In this document: piece after piece, positions 25,445 to 36,569 of the stretch
Layout of the letters: each line of letters opens with the position of its first letter
Position numbering within the stretch: position 1 is the stretch's first letter
Origin: Eledone cirrhosa
Taxonomy: Eukaryota
Assembly: GCA_964016885.1 (NCBI GenBank)
Contig: OZ024740.1
Span: forward strand, 397,730,001 to 397,794,000
Length of the DNA: 64,000 bases
Direction of reading: 5' to 3'
Notes under the pieces: model-generated
What the model was told of the DNA's origin: nothing
The model's database searches: none
The model's input: the letters and a program-made list of their open reading frames with translations, nothing else
Program-made: the position numbers and the translations under genes

Positions 25445-26915
25445 ATGGTTTTGTGTGTGTATGTGTGAGAGAGAATAAGTGGAGGTGTAAGCGTGTGTGT
25501 GTGCGCGTGCGTGTGTGTGTGGGGGTGTGTAAATATGGGGCTAGAAGCTCTATCAGGTTATAAATTGGGTGTTGAGTTCTAGTCTATTACAGATAGGTGG
25601 TTGTGTTTTATCTATAATTAGTGCTTCCTTAATTCTAAGATTGCCGAGGTTTCTTTCCTTAGTTTCTATCCTAACTGTTATGGTTTTGTCGGTGTTTTTG
25701 CATTTAACTAGGTGTTTCTTAAATGAGGAAGCGTTAGTATTGAGGTGTTCTTTTATTCTTATGTGGAGTGGTCTGGTGGTGCTACCTACGTAGAAGTTGA
25801 TGCATTTGTCACACTCTAGTCTGTATACGACGTAAGCCTGGTGGCATAGGTCTGTGTCGTTGATGGGGCAGTTGGCTAGTCTGCAGCAGTTGTCATGTCT
25901 GGTGGAGTGTCTTTTGGTTAGCTGTCCGCGTAGGGAAGGACCTGAGTGGGCCAGTGGATATCTAGTCCCTCTCGTCTGATAGCTCTGCGGATGGCTGTTG
26001 TTGTTTCTTCAGGAAGTAAGTGTTAGTGCCTCGGCTGTGGTGTCCTCTGTTCTTTCTGGCACGGTTTGTGGTGGATGTCGTGTATCCGTTCAGTTTGAGT
26101 ACTTCCAGGAAATGTGTGGTGTGTGTGTCTCGGTCTCTAGCGTCGGTGCATTTGTTTCGGATACGTGCCAGTTCGTTCCTTATGTATCCGAACTTGGCAC
26201 CTAGTTAAATGCAAAAACACCGACAAAACCATAACAGTTAGGATAGAAACTAAGGAAAGAAACCTCGGCAATCTTAGAATTAAGGAAGCACTAATTATAG
26301 ATAAAACACAACCACCAATCAATAATAGACTAGAACTCATCACCCAATTTATAACCTGATAGAGCTTCTAGCCCCATATTTACACCCCCCCCCCACGCAC
26401 ACACGCACGCACACACACACACACGCTTACACCTCCACTTATTCTCTCTCACACATACACACACAAAACCAGTTCTAACACCAGATAACACCTATCCCCC
26501 ACATTTACGAATAGACTTATCTTCTCACACTCACACACACACTCACATACTTACACCTTCATGCATTCTCCCACACACTTAAACAGGCATGTATATAAAA
26601 AAAAAACCAAAAAACAAAAACAAACCCCTTTTAAAGGGAGACTACTCTTTATCCACCTAATTTTAACTCTTTGACATTAGAGATAGAACAGATACTCTAT
26701 ACCATTTCCTGTCAGCATGACTTGGCAAGCTACTTAGAACGCTGGTTTGAGACCTTTATTTCCCTCTGAAGAAGAGATATTATCTCGAAAATTAAGGACA
26801 TTTAAATAAATCTAAGGTAAAAGACTAATTATCAACAATATCTTTTGCATTTACATTCTTTATTCTATGTCCATACCTGCATTGTTTTGGCTTTATTATA
26901 CATATTCAAACGTTT
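25445..26915. mobile_element. Penelope-like element fragment: GIY-YIG endonuclease (minus) plus inverted duplicate 3' end/pLTR (plus)
   Basis: Minus strand ~25555-25960 translates NCCRLANCPINDTDLCHQAYVVYRLECDKCINFYVGSTTRPLHIRIKEHL...LRIKEALII (VVY...YVG GIY-YIG motif). 26198-26470 is an inverted copy of ~25445-25715. Flanked by (TA)n. Confidence 0.9.
26763..26797 (+). ncRNA. Minimal type I hammerhead ribozyme motif in the Penelope pLTR
   Basis: CCT-CTGAAGA-A-GAGAT att ATCTC-GAAA-ATTA-AGG: intact CUGANGA and GAAA core, stems I and II, palindromic stem III (AAUU). Confidence 0.7.
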
Positions 26916-27014
26916 ATATATATATATATATATAAAACGAAGGAAATGTGGTGAGGAACCAGGTGGACCATAACGCACCAAAGTACTCAATACTTAGGGT
27001 AGTAGAGTGGGTAA

Positions 27015-27146
27015 TAGGAACGAGTAGGACCCCAACGGCTGAGCTCAAGCCGTTTCGACGGCTAATTCTGGACGCAAGAATTCTGGACGTCCAGAATTAG
27101 CCGTCGAAACGGCTTGAGCTCAGCCGTCGGGGTCCTACTCGTTTCT
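27015..27146. repeat. Fold-back element of a family also at 43985-44130 and 63345-63525
   Basis: AACGAGTAGGACCCC..CAAGCCGTTTCGACGGCTAATTCTGGAC pairs with its reverse complement. A shared flank ACCATAACGCACCA-AGTACTCAATACTTAGGGTAGTAGAGTG is more diverged in the 63 kb copy. Confidence 0.85.
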
Positions 27147-27696
27147 ATATATATATATATATATATATTTATTTATACACACACACACACACACAGATAT
27201 ATATATATATATTCATACATACTCACACACACATGTATATATATATAAAAGTATACCCCCACCATATATATATAATTCCATTATAAATCACGCTATTTTA
27301 GTGCTATTGCTAATAAATAAACAAACAAATATATATGTGTATGTGTGTGTATTTATGTGTGTGTATGTGCGTGCAGCATGTTTGCGTGAGTATGTTTTGG
27401 CGTGTCTCTTCAAACGCACTTAAGTCACTGTTGGTGAGTTATTAGAAAGAAGAGCCAAGTTTGAGTCCAAAACGATTAATGAGCATTTATCAGAACCAAC
27501 ACTGTCTCTGGAGAGTTTGGTGGCAACTAAGTGCATTTCAATTGTAAATATATTTACGCACTCTCATTCTCAGATACACGTACAAATATATATATATATA
27601 TATAAACATTTACGTGAATTTAAGCACCTTTACCTGAACATATACAACACATAGGGACACACACGCATATACATACACACATACATATTGAATGTT

Positions 27697-27743
<47 letters not shown>

Positions 27744-27751
<8 letters not shown>

Positions 27752-27862
27752 AATGGCTTCTACAGGACTAGAACTGTTTCATTCAAAGGAAATCATCAGG
27801 AAAGCTCTGATGATTTCCTTTGAATGAAACAGTTCTAGTCCTGTAGAAGCCATTTCTATATT
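27744..27862. ncRNA. Perfect 56-bp-arm palindrome carrying a hammerhead motif on each strand
   Basis: Minus strand 27803-27757 reads UUUC-CUGAUGA-UUUC CUUU GAAU-GAAACAG uucuaguc CUGUA-GAAG, with 4-bp stems I and III and a GUA cleavage triplet. Confidence 0.72.
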
Positions 27863-28225
27863 AAATATTTATACTCTGCTATGTATTATTGAGTACTTTG
27901 CTGACTGGTTACTCCCGATTGAACCCGGGATACACACACACATACACTGTCTCTCTCTCTCCCTCATACACACACACACACACGCATAGATATACGCCCC
28001 CCCCCCCCATACACACACACATCATAAGCCCATTGAATTTTGTGAGTTTTCCATCCGGAACCCGGAAGCAGTTTTGCTTCCCCATACAAAATTTCTCTTG
28101 TGAATAAATGTACATTAAATATTAAGATAATGCTGCTATTTTACTTTATCCCGAAAAGTTTTTTTATTTTTGCGGAGGGCAAGCCCATGTCAAGTGATAG
28201 TAGGCCAAAGTGGGGAACATCTCAA

Positions 28226-29028
28226 GCCAGATGTGAAATGTAGGTAGCTAAAGTTGGTAATGAATCCAGGCCAGATGTGAAATGTAGGTAGCTAAAGTTG
28301 GTAATGAACCCAGGCCAGATTTGAAATGTAGGTAGCTAAAGTTGGTAATGAACCCAGGCCAGATGTGAAATGTAGGTAGCCAAAGCTGGTAGTGAACCCA
28401 GGCCAGATGTGAAATGTAGGTAGCCAAAGCTGGTAATGAACCCAGGCCAGATGTGAAATGTAGGTAGCCAAAGCTGGTAATGAACCCAGGCCAGATGTGA
28501 AATGTAGGTAGCCAAAGCTGGTAATGAACCCAGGCCAGATGTGAAATGTAGGTAGCCAAAGCTGGTAGTGAACCCAGGCCAGATGTGAAATGTAGGTAGC
28601 CAAAGCTGGTAGTAAACCCAGGCCAGATGTGAAATGTAGGTAGACAAAGCTGGTAGTGAACCCAGGCCAGATGTGAAATGTAGGTAGCCAAAGTTGGTAG
28701 TGAACCCAGGCCAGATGTGAAATGTAGGTAGACAAAGCTGGTAGTGAACCCAGGCCAGATGTGAAATGTAGGTAGCCAAAGCTGGTAGTGAACCCAGGCC
28801 AGATGTGAAATGTAGGTAGCTAAAGTTGGTAGTGAACCCAAGCCAGATGTGAAATGTAGGTAGCCAAAGTTGGTAGTGAACCCAGGCCAGATGTGAAATG
28901 TAGGTAGCCAAAGCTGGTAGTGAACCCAGGCCAGATGTGAAATGTAGGTAGCCAAAGTTGGTAGTGAACCCAGGCCAGATGTGAAATGTAGGTAGCCAAA
29001 GCTGGTAGTGAACCCAGGCCAGATGTGA
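28226..29028. repeat. 44-bp tandem repeat, ~18 copies
   Basis: Unit GCCAGATGTGAAATGTAGGTAGCCAAAGCTGGTAGTGAACCCAG, head to tail with no spacers. Confidence 0.97.
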
Positions 29029-30439
29029 TTTGCGTATGGGTTACGGGTACATACATGTATATACAATGTACATGATGTATACCTACAAGTTATAGAACAG
29101 AATAAAAGAACCAGAGCTTGAGGCGAGTAGGTTCCTTCAAAATCGTGGCCAATGTTCTGGCCTTCCCCGGCTGATGCAGCATGCCGAAAATTGGGATGGG
29201 GGTGGCAGTTTAGCTTCCCAGCCACCGCTGATTTTTTTCTTTTTTTTCATACGAATTTTAAACAACTTTGTTAGCGAGTCGTTTGAAATCTGAGTGCGGG
29301 CGAAAATTCACCCGCGAGCGAGGGTTTTCTTAATCTGCTTTACGCAATCGCTCCACCTCTAAGAGATAGCAACCAAATTTTCCTTCATTTACATTCATCC
29401 GTTTTAGAAAATGGGGTGGATGTGTTGAATAATGTAGTCCTTTATACACTGCCTGAATAAAAAGCAGAATGGTCTCAGCTAGATGTCAGGTATCAATTGA
29501 CTTTAAGTACTTCCAGGAAATGTGTCGTGTCGGTGGCTTGGTCCTCCACCTTGTTGTATTGCTACATTTTTAGAGTAAAGAACTACTCGAGCAAGTTTTG
29601 ATTGATGAGATTTAACATCGATTTAAGTGGGTTTAAAATGAAGAGATTTTCTTCGACGTTTGCGTGCGAATAAAATTTACTTATCCTGTTTGTGGTGAAT
29701 TTTCTTTTTTTTTTTAGCCTCTTTGCTATCGTCTGCATGTAGGTGAAAACATTGTATGTCTTTGACAGAATGAATAGGTGCACACTCGGCAGTGACTATA
29801 AAGGACAGTGACGGATAAAGGGCTGCTATTATCTGAAATTCGGGTTTTTAAATGCTTGGTTATACATTCGGAGTTTTGCGAAAATTGATCAATTCGGGTC
29901 ATGCAGTGATTTGTTGTTTGGTGACTGAACGGATTATCCATTATTCTGAGGACCATGATTACCTAAACTAAAGTGAGCCGAGATGTCTGAGATTTCAGGA
30001 AACAAGGATAGGCTGAAAAAAAAATTTAGAGGTTAAGTTCCTTGAATGACCAATAAACTGATAAAGATCAAAATGATGTTTGGCTGCTACTCTTACATAC
30101 CCAATAATAAACGACAATTTATCTTCTTACATAGCTATTTAATCTCATTAAATCTAATCTGATCTAATCTGGCCGAGTTTACACTCGCAAATAAGAACCT
30201 AGGAGCATTGGATTCGGTGTACTTGATATTTTATTTCGGTTGCTGAATACAATCAGAGGTCGTTGCTTCTCCTGAAGGTCAATAGTTCTCTTCTAACTCG
30301 AGTGGGAACGCCTTTCCATTGTCAATTTGCATTGATCATCTGCAAAGCCGCATTGTTCTCAGAACCACTACACGAGTCTTTTGATCCGTGCAGCTGGAAC
30401 TGCTGCCACACATTGATTTGGCAGGATTTTTTTTCCTTT

Positions 30440-30630
30440 TAGATAGCCGTTGACTCTTATGAGTTCTTCCGCCCTTTGTCAGGTTTTGTTTTTTGTCCTG
30501 CAGGGTTTCCAAAATCATTCTCCTCACCAAATAAACTTTTGGGGTTGCCGGTTTAGTCGCCGATGACCCGACCATGCGACAGGTTGTAATGGGTTACACG
30601 CTACCAGTAGCACTCTAGAGTGACCTGACA
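30440..30630 (-). mobile_element. RTE-related 5' end fragment
   Basis: Reverse complement of 32645-32835 and 33410-33600. Confidence 0.75.
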
Positions 30631-30951
30631 TAAAAACATTTGAAATAAAAGATGCCAGGTTCACACTTTGGTATTAATAACACATTGGGGCATCCGAACA
30701 CTTAAAAACAAACATTAACAAAATTCATTAAAATATAATCAAATTTAGCAGCATCGTCTGTTGTCTTTTTTTTTTTACTTCCCTGATGATGATAAATAAA
30801 TTCTCTTACCGCCCCCTCAAGTCTCTAAACTCCCCTCTGTAATATAATTTTGTACCCATGACATATCTCCAGACGATCCATTAGAGGATGTCACTGATCT
30901 CGCTGAGAAACGTTATACTAAAGGATAATTTCGGGAATCTCAAGGAAACTA

Positions 30952-31420
30952 CCGTATATGCGGCGTACAAGTCGACATTATCTCTCCAAAACCAGGATCG
31001 ACTTGTCCGCCGAATATAAAATGTGAATCTTTACCACTGAGGAGTAAACAGTGGAACTGCCTGCCTAACACTAACCTGTATACCACTAACTTCTAGCAGC
31101 CCATCACAATTATTTCCTACTGAATCTTATGTTTGTTAAGTCTATTTAACGTAGAAGTTATAATAATATCAATGACATGCCATAGCTCATAGGGTAGGTT
31201 ACCATAGTTTCATCAAGGTTAGGCTAGGCTGGTTTACTCAGTGAGTTAGAACTCACTTGCGACTGAAGTGTCACTAAACTTTTTGAATTATTTCCCCTGC
31301 AACTGCCTTATTTTTTTGGGGTCGTCTTATCCGGCGAATATAGGCTTAAACCTGAATTACACCTCAGAATTTTAGGAGTCAACCTATGCGTCGGATCGAC
31401 TTGTACGTCGGCATATACGG
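30952..31420. mobile_element. Tc1/mariner (Tigger/pogo-like) MITE
   Basis: TA|CCGTATATGCGGCGTACAAGTCGA ... TCGACTTGTACGTCGGCATATACGG|TA: ~24-bp TIRs with a TA TSD. Confidence 0.85.
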
Positions 31421-32644
31421 TAATTATTGGCTGTCATAGAAGAGATTATAGATTTCCATAAATTCAAATGCCATAACATCTAGAAATGAGAGTTTTTTTT
31501 TTTTGTTTTTTTTTACTATTTTGTAAAGGGGGAAAGGCAAGGTCCATTTCAGGAACTCCGAGCCTAGAAAAGAGGGAAGAAGTTATCTTCAAGCAGGAGA
31601 CCAGACCATAATGTTTGCAACAGAGTGGGTTCCTTAATAAGCTAGCAATGCCCAGCTGGGGGTATTACACCAGGTGCCCCAAGTAAGCCATAACTGACAA
31701 TACAACGAGCTGGAACAAATACTGCAAGGGATTTCGTTTGACACTCTAACAATTTTGCCAATCCATCGTCATGGGTTTGTACTTTATTTTACTAGAATTT
31801 TTGACGCGTATGTGCATATGTGTGTGCGTGTGTGTATGTGCATATACATATATTTATATGTATGAGTATATAAATATAAACGCGCAAACAGACACACTTA
31901 CAAAAATACACACTCACAGACATACATTCACACAAATACATATACATTCACACAAACACGCACATACATTCACACAAATACACACACATACATTTATACA
32001 AACAAACATACACATACACTCACACACAGCTTAGCAAATGAAACGCCAGTCACTGTTTTGCTATAGTTTTTTCCCCATCCCCTTCCTTCCTTTTACACAC
32101 ACATACACTGTGTGACGGACGGAAGTCGCTCAAATTTATATAGAGATAAAGCTCGAAAGGATGACTTCAGCTGTATTTGAACTCAGAACAGATAGAGAGG
32201 CGGATCAAATGCGGTAATGTGGAATATCTTTGATACATAGTCCAGCAGGGACTAAACAGACAATATCAGCAGCAACTCACCACTTGTATTAGAGGTGAAC
32301 TTACCACTAGTGGAGCTTGATAGCTGTCATTTCTCTATTACCGACATATGAACGTGAGACAGGTGTACTATGTTCATTCGTAATTTTATATCGATCACTT
32401 ATCTACATCAATTAACCAATATTTATTTATTTCTAGTCAGAAACGTATTTGGTTACCAAGCAACAACATTGATAAATCGTTTTATAATCTAAGCCTAAAT
32501 TTTCCATCAAATTTAAGTTTGCGTTTGTATGTATGTGTGTATGTATGTATGTTATGTTATGTTATGTTATGTTATGTTATGTATGTATGTATGTATGTAT
32601 GTATGTATGTATGTATGTATGTATGTATGTATGTATGTATGTAT

Positions 32645-33253
32645 GTCAGGTCACCAGTTGGTGCTACTGGTAACATGTATCCCAGTACAACCTGTCTCAT
32701 TGTCGGGTCGTTGGCGACTAAACTGGCAACCCCACCAAGGTTTCTTGGTGAGGAGGGTGACTTTGGACATCCTGCAGGACTAAAAACAAAACCTGTCAAA
32801 GGGCAAAGGAGCTCTTAAGAGTCAATGGCCATCCAAAATTACCGGGAGAGATGACCCCTTAGCTTTTGTCAAGGCAGAATTCTAGGAGAAGGAAAACTCT
32901 GATATAGCACCTGCAACCCTGTTGGTATCCAATGATGTTGACTTGTTCTTCTTTTTGGTAAATATCATCTTGGTTAAGAGAGTGGGACTGGCTTTGTGCA
33001 GTGCCTTTGCTCACTATAAAAGCTTCACGGCACAGGCATTGCTTTATATCTGGAGATCTCTCTGCACTTGTCGTCACATGGTACCATGGGCCCAGCACTA
33101 TGTGTCAGTAATTGTCACAAGTGTAGTGTTTGTACCAGAGTTTTCAAGTCGCTGGCTGGACTAAAAAGTCACACTCGTTCAGCGCATCGGTAGGGGTTCT
33201 CCTACATGGATATAAAGTAGTGGCCGTACTCGAAAACGAGTTGGCAGCCACCA
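32645..33253 (+). mobile_element. Non-autonomous, internally deleted RTE derivative (5' UTR fused to 3' end) with a (TATG)n tail
   Basis: The 3' part TCGCTGGCTGGACTAAAAAGTCAC (SLAGLKSH) and GGCCGTACTCGAAAACGAGTTGGCAGCCACCA match the 3' end of the RTE at 48751-49140. Confidence 0.75.
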
Positions 33254-33409
33254 TGTATGTATGTATGTATGTATGTATGTATGTATGTATGTATGTATGT
33301 ATGTATGTATGTATGTATGTATGTATGTATGTATGCATGTATGTATGTATGTATGCATGTATGTATGTTATGTATGTAATGTATGTATATATATATATAT
33401 GTATGTATA

Positions 33410-33860
33410 TGTCGGGTCACTCTTGAGTGCTACTGGTAACATGTAACCCAGTACAACCTGTTGCATGGTCGGGTCGTCGGCGACTAAACCGGCAACCCCA
33501 CCAAGTTTACTTGGTGAGGAGGGAGATTTTGGAAACCCTGCAGGACAAAAAACAAAACCCGACAAAGGGCGGAAGAACTCATAAGAGTCAACGGCCATCC
33601 GAAAGTGTGTAAATATGTTTATACACATGTACCGCGAGGTTAAACCACTGGTAGTGAAGGACCCATAGCTTTTGTCAGGGCATTCTTCTAGGAGAAGGCA
33701 ACTCAGGAAACTGGGATAACTCCGATATAAAACCTGCGGCTCAGTAGTTACCGATGATGTTGATCTTTTCTTCTTTTCGGGTTATAGCTACTGCCGCTCA
33801 GTGCACAGTCTTTCCTCACTTTAAAAATATCTTCACGCACAGGCATTGCACGATAGAATT
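33410..33860 (+). mobile_element. Second RTE-type 5' UTR copy, cut off by a Helitron-like insertion
   Basis: High similarity to 32645-33050, including CTAGGAGAAGG.AACTC. Confidence 0.7.
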
Positions 33861-33869
33861 AATTAATAA

Positions 33870-34790
33870 TCATAACTATAATAAAGAGAGGAGTGCGGGA
33901 CTGCGTCCAGAATATATTTTTTTTACCCCGTTTGTAAAATAAGTTGGATTACTTTGAATAAATAATGAATGAATATTACATAATTTATCTACTAAATTTC
34001 GTTACTCTTAATTAAATATAGATAATTTTGTTATTTTAAGATTCACTTATTTAGAATCTTCAAATGTCAACACTTCCGGTTAGCGATAAAAAAACATTTA
34101 TATATTTCTGTCACTAATTTTCTCCTAATGCAGTTTATATATAACTAGCAGCTGAGCCCGGTTGCACCCGGGGCCACTTTTTATTAAGTTAATAATATGA
34201 AAAATATTATTGAAAGTTATTAACAGCGAAATAACGTTGTCTTTGATATGTTATTTTAAATAAAGAAGCAGTTTCAGGAAAAAAAATAGAAATATGCACT
34301 TGGGGCTGGACGGCGTACAATGAGAAGTGGAGCGACGTGAAAAGCGTTGTTTATTAACAGCGAAATAGCAATGTCGATGATATGCAAGTTTGAAAATGCA
34401 GATTATGAAGGTTTGTATGATAGTTTACACTTTGATTGCCCTGATCAGCAAGAGGGGCCTCTATATATTAGACGTTTATTAGAAGAGGGGGAAATAACTA
34501 ACCCCAGTATTAGAACAGGGGATTCGCAATGTAAGGATTTTATTTCTTTTGTTAGAAAACAGTGACCTTTTCCGGTTTGGCATTTCGTAAAATTCTACTG
34601 CAGAATCGATTTCATAAAACGGTACTGTATGATCGTTATAGAAGTATTTAAATTTAATATAGAGCAACTGTAATTGAAAAATGAAAATGAAACGTACTGT
34701 AGAAGGCAACAGCTTATTAACAGCGAAATAACGTTGTCTTTGATATGTTATTTTAAATAAGACAATGAATATTACGACCCAGGGAAGATT
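33870..34790. mobile_element. Nested non-autonomous Helitron fragments
   Basis: A 5' end A|TCATAACTATAATAAAG on +, then a minus-strand 3' end (hairpin CCCGGGTGCAACCGGG...CTGCTAG) at 34145. Right boundary uncertain. Confidence 0.6.
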
Positions 34791-36569
34791 AATCACAAAA
34801 TTGACACCAGCGAGATTTGAACTGAAATCGTAAAGGGTCGTAACTCAATAGCACAGAGATAATTTCTAGCTTGCTAATCAGATCGAACCCAGCACTTGAT
34901 TGGTACTTTATTTTGTCGATACTGGAAGGACGAAATGCATAAATTGCCCCAGGGATGTAACACTAAGACACAACTTAATATCATATGACATTTGGTCAGA
35001 CACTCTACCGATTCCACCCCGGATTTCATAATTATTTCAAACAAAAGCATAAGGCCAGACATTTTTAGGGATCGAATCGACTCCCAAGACGTAACTTCAT
35101 TTATCGACCCTAAAATGATGAAAAGTAAAGTTGATCTCGGGAGTATTTGAACTCAGAACGTAATGAGCCGGAACTATTACCACAAGACATTTTGTCCGAC
35201 GCTCTAACGATTCTGCCACGCTGTCATCTGAAACCTATCTGACGTCATACTAATACTAATCAAATATATATATGTATTGCCGGGTAGATGTTGGTGTCGG
35301 TGTCACCGGATGAAAGTAATTGCCCTTATAAAAAAATAAATGGAAAAATAAATAAATAAATATAAAGACCGGGTGTGAATAATTAGATACAACAAATTAC
35401 AAATAAAAAAATAATCAAAGAATTATAAAAAAGAAGACTTCTTTCTGGGTTAGTTTAGTTCGAAGCATTTTATAAAATTATATTGTATAAGGGGGGGGGG
35501 GACCGGCGGCGACAGAGAACATGCGACTAAAAACAATACAGTCGGTGGTGAAAGGTAAACCTGAAACAAGATAATTATTTCTTGATAATTACAGGTGTCG
35601 TTTCAGTACTTATATGTCTAACAGGTGTAATTAGGGAGGAATTATTTACATTTTGAAGTTGAAACAAATTTCGAAGCGAACAAACACCCGAAATAAATTA
35701 ACAAATAAACTAAATAAAAAACAAACAAACAATAAAAGCAGCAGCAACAACAATAGACACAGCAGTGGTTATTACGAGTCAATGAAGGAGCCTCTATGCG
35801 GTCACTTGACCTGCTAGAAATAGCAGCCAAATCTTTATTTTGCACACAATTCTCTTACATTAATAAAAGACACACATTTGATAATGAAGTTTTAGATAAT
35901 CCTGAAGGGATGCAATGCTTTTTGATTATAGGTCTGCTTGATCTGAGTTGATCTGATGTTAAACAACAATAAGATCAATAACAAGAGTGATTACAGCCCG
36001 AGGGGATCTGAGATGTACAGCCCGGCAAACGATGTGGGATTTGCTTCCTCCTTATTTCCCTTCTTCATTTTTGATCTCTCTCAAACTAAACCTTCATTGT
36101 CATATAGAAGGACACCTTGAAGAATAAAGAAAAAAGAGGATTATTACAGCTGGAATGTTTTTGGTGATAGGTTTACACAATCAGGGTTAACAACAACTAT
36201 AACAACAAGAATAACATTTACAGTAAATAATTTCTAATTTTGGCACAAGGCCAGCAATTTGACGGGGGATTGTGGGGGTGAAGGGAAAGTCGATTAAATC
36301 GACCCCGGTACTTGACTGATACTTTATTTTCTTGACCCCGAAAGGATGAAAGACAAAGTTAACCTGGGCGGGATTTGAACACAAAATGTAAAAGCTTGGA
36401 TCTAAATTGCCACCGCTCTACTGAACTTGCCAATTAACCATCCTTTTAATATAGATAATAATTGTTTCTACTTTTGGCACAAGGCCAGCAATTACCCAGT
36501 GTATTACTGGTGCTTTATTTTATCGACTCCGTAAGGATGAAAGGCAAAGCTAGCCTCTGCGGGAATTAA

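Noticed and set aside
28226-29028. CRISPR array or repeat-protein ORFs (28248..29225 etc.)
   Set aside because: Head-to-tail 44-bp units with no unique spacers, no cas genes and a eukaryotic context. The ORFs cycle through all frames because 44 is not a multiple of 3.
29500-30000. Possible further Penelope coding remnant (shares GTACTTCCAGGAAATGTGT with ~26099)
   Set aside because: Only a short match; I could not recover any recognisable protein motif.
32645-32770. HDV-like ribozyme (GGTCACC/GGTGACT could form a 7-bp P1 with G-U)
   Set aside because: No P3/L3 UYCNCG element before P1' and the pairing is poorly kept in the other copies; retained only as an unclassified structured RNA.
35990-36075. 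Short repeat shared with 39455-39545 as a possible ribozyme
   Set aside because: No fit to known ribozyme cores; likely a fragment of an unclassified interspersed repeat.
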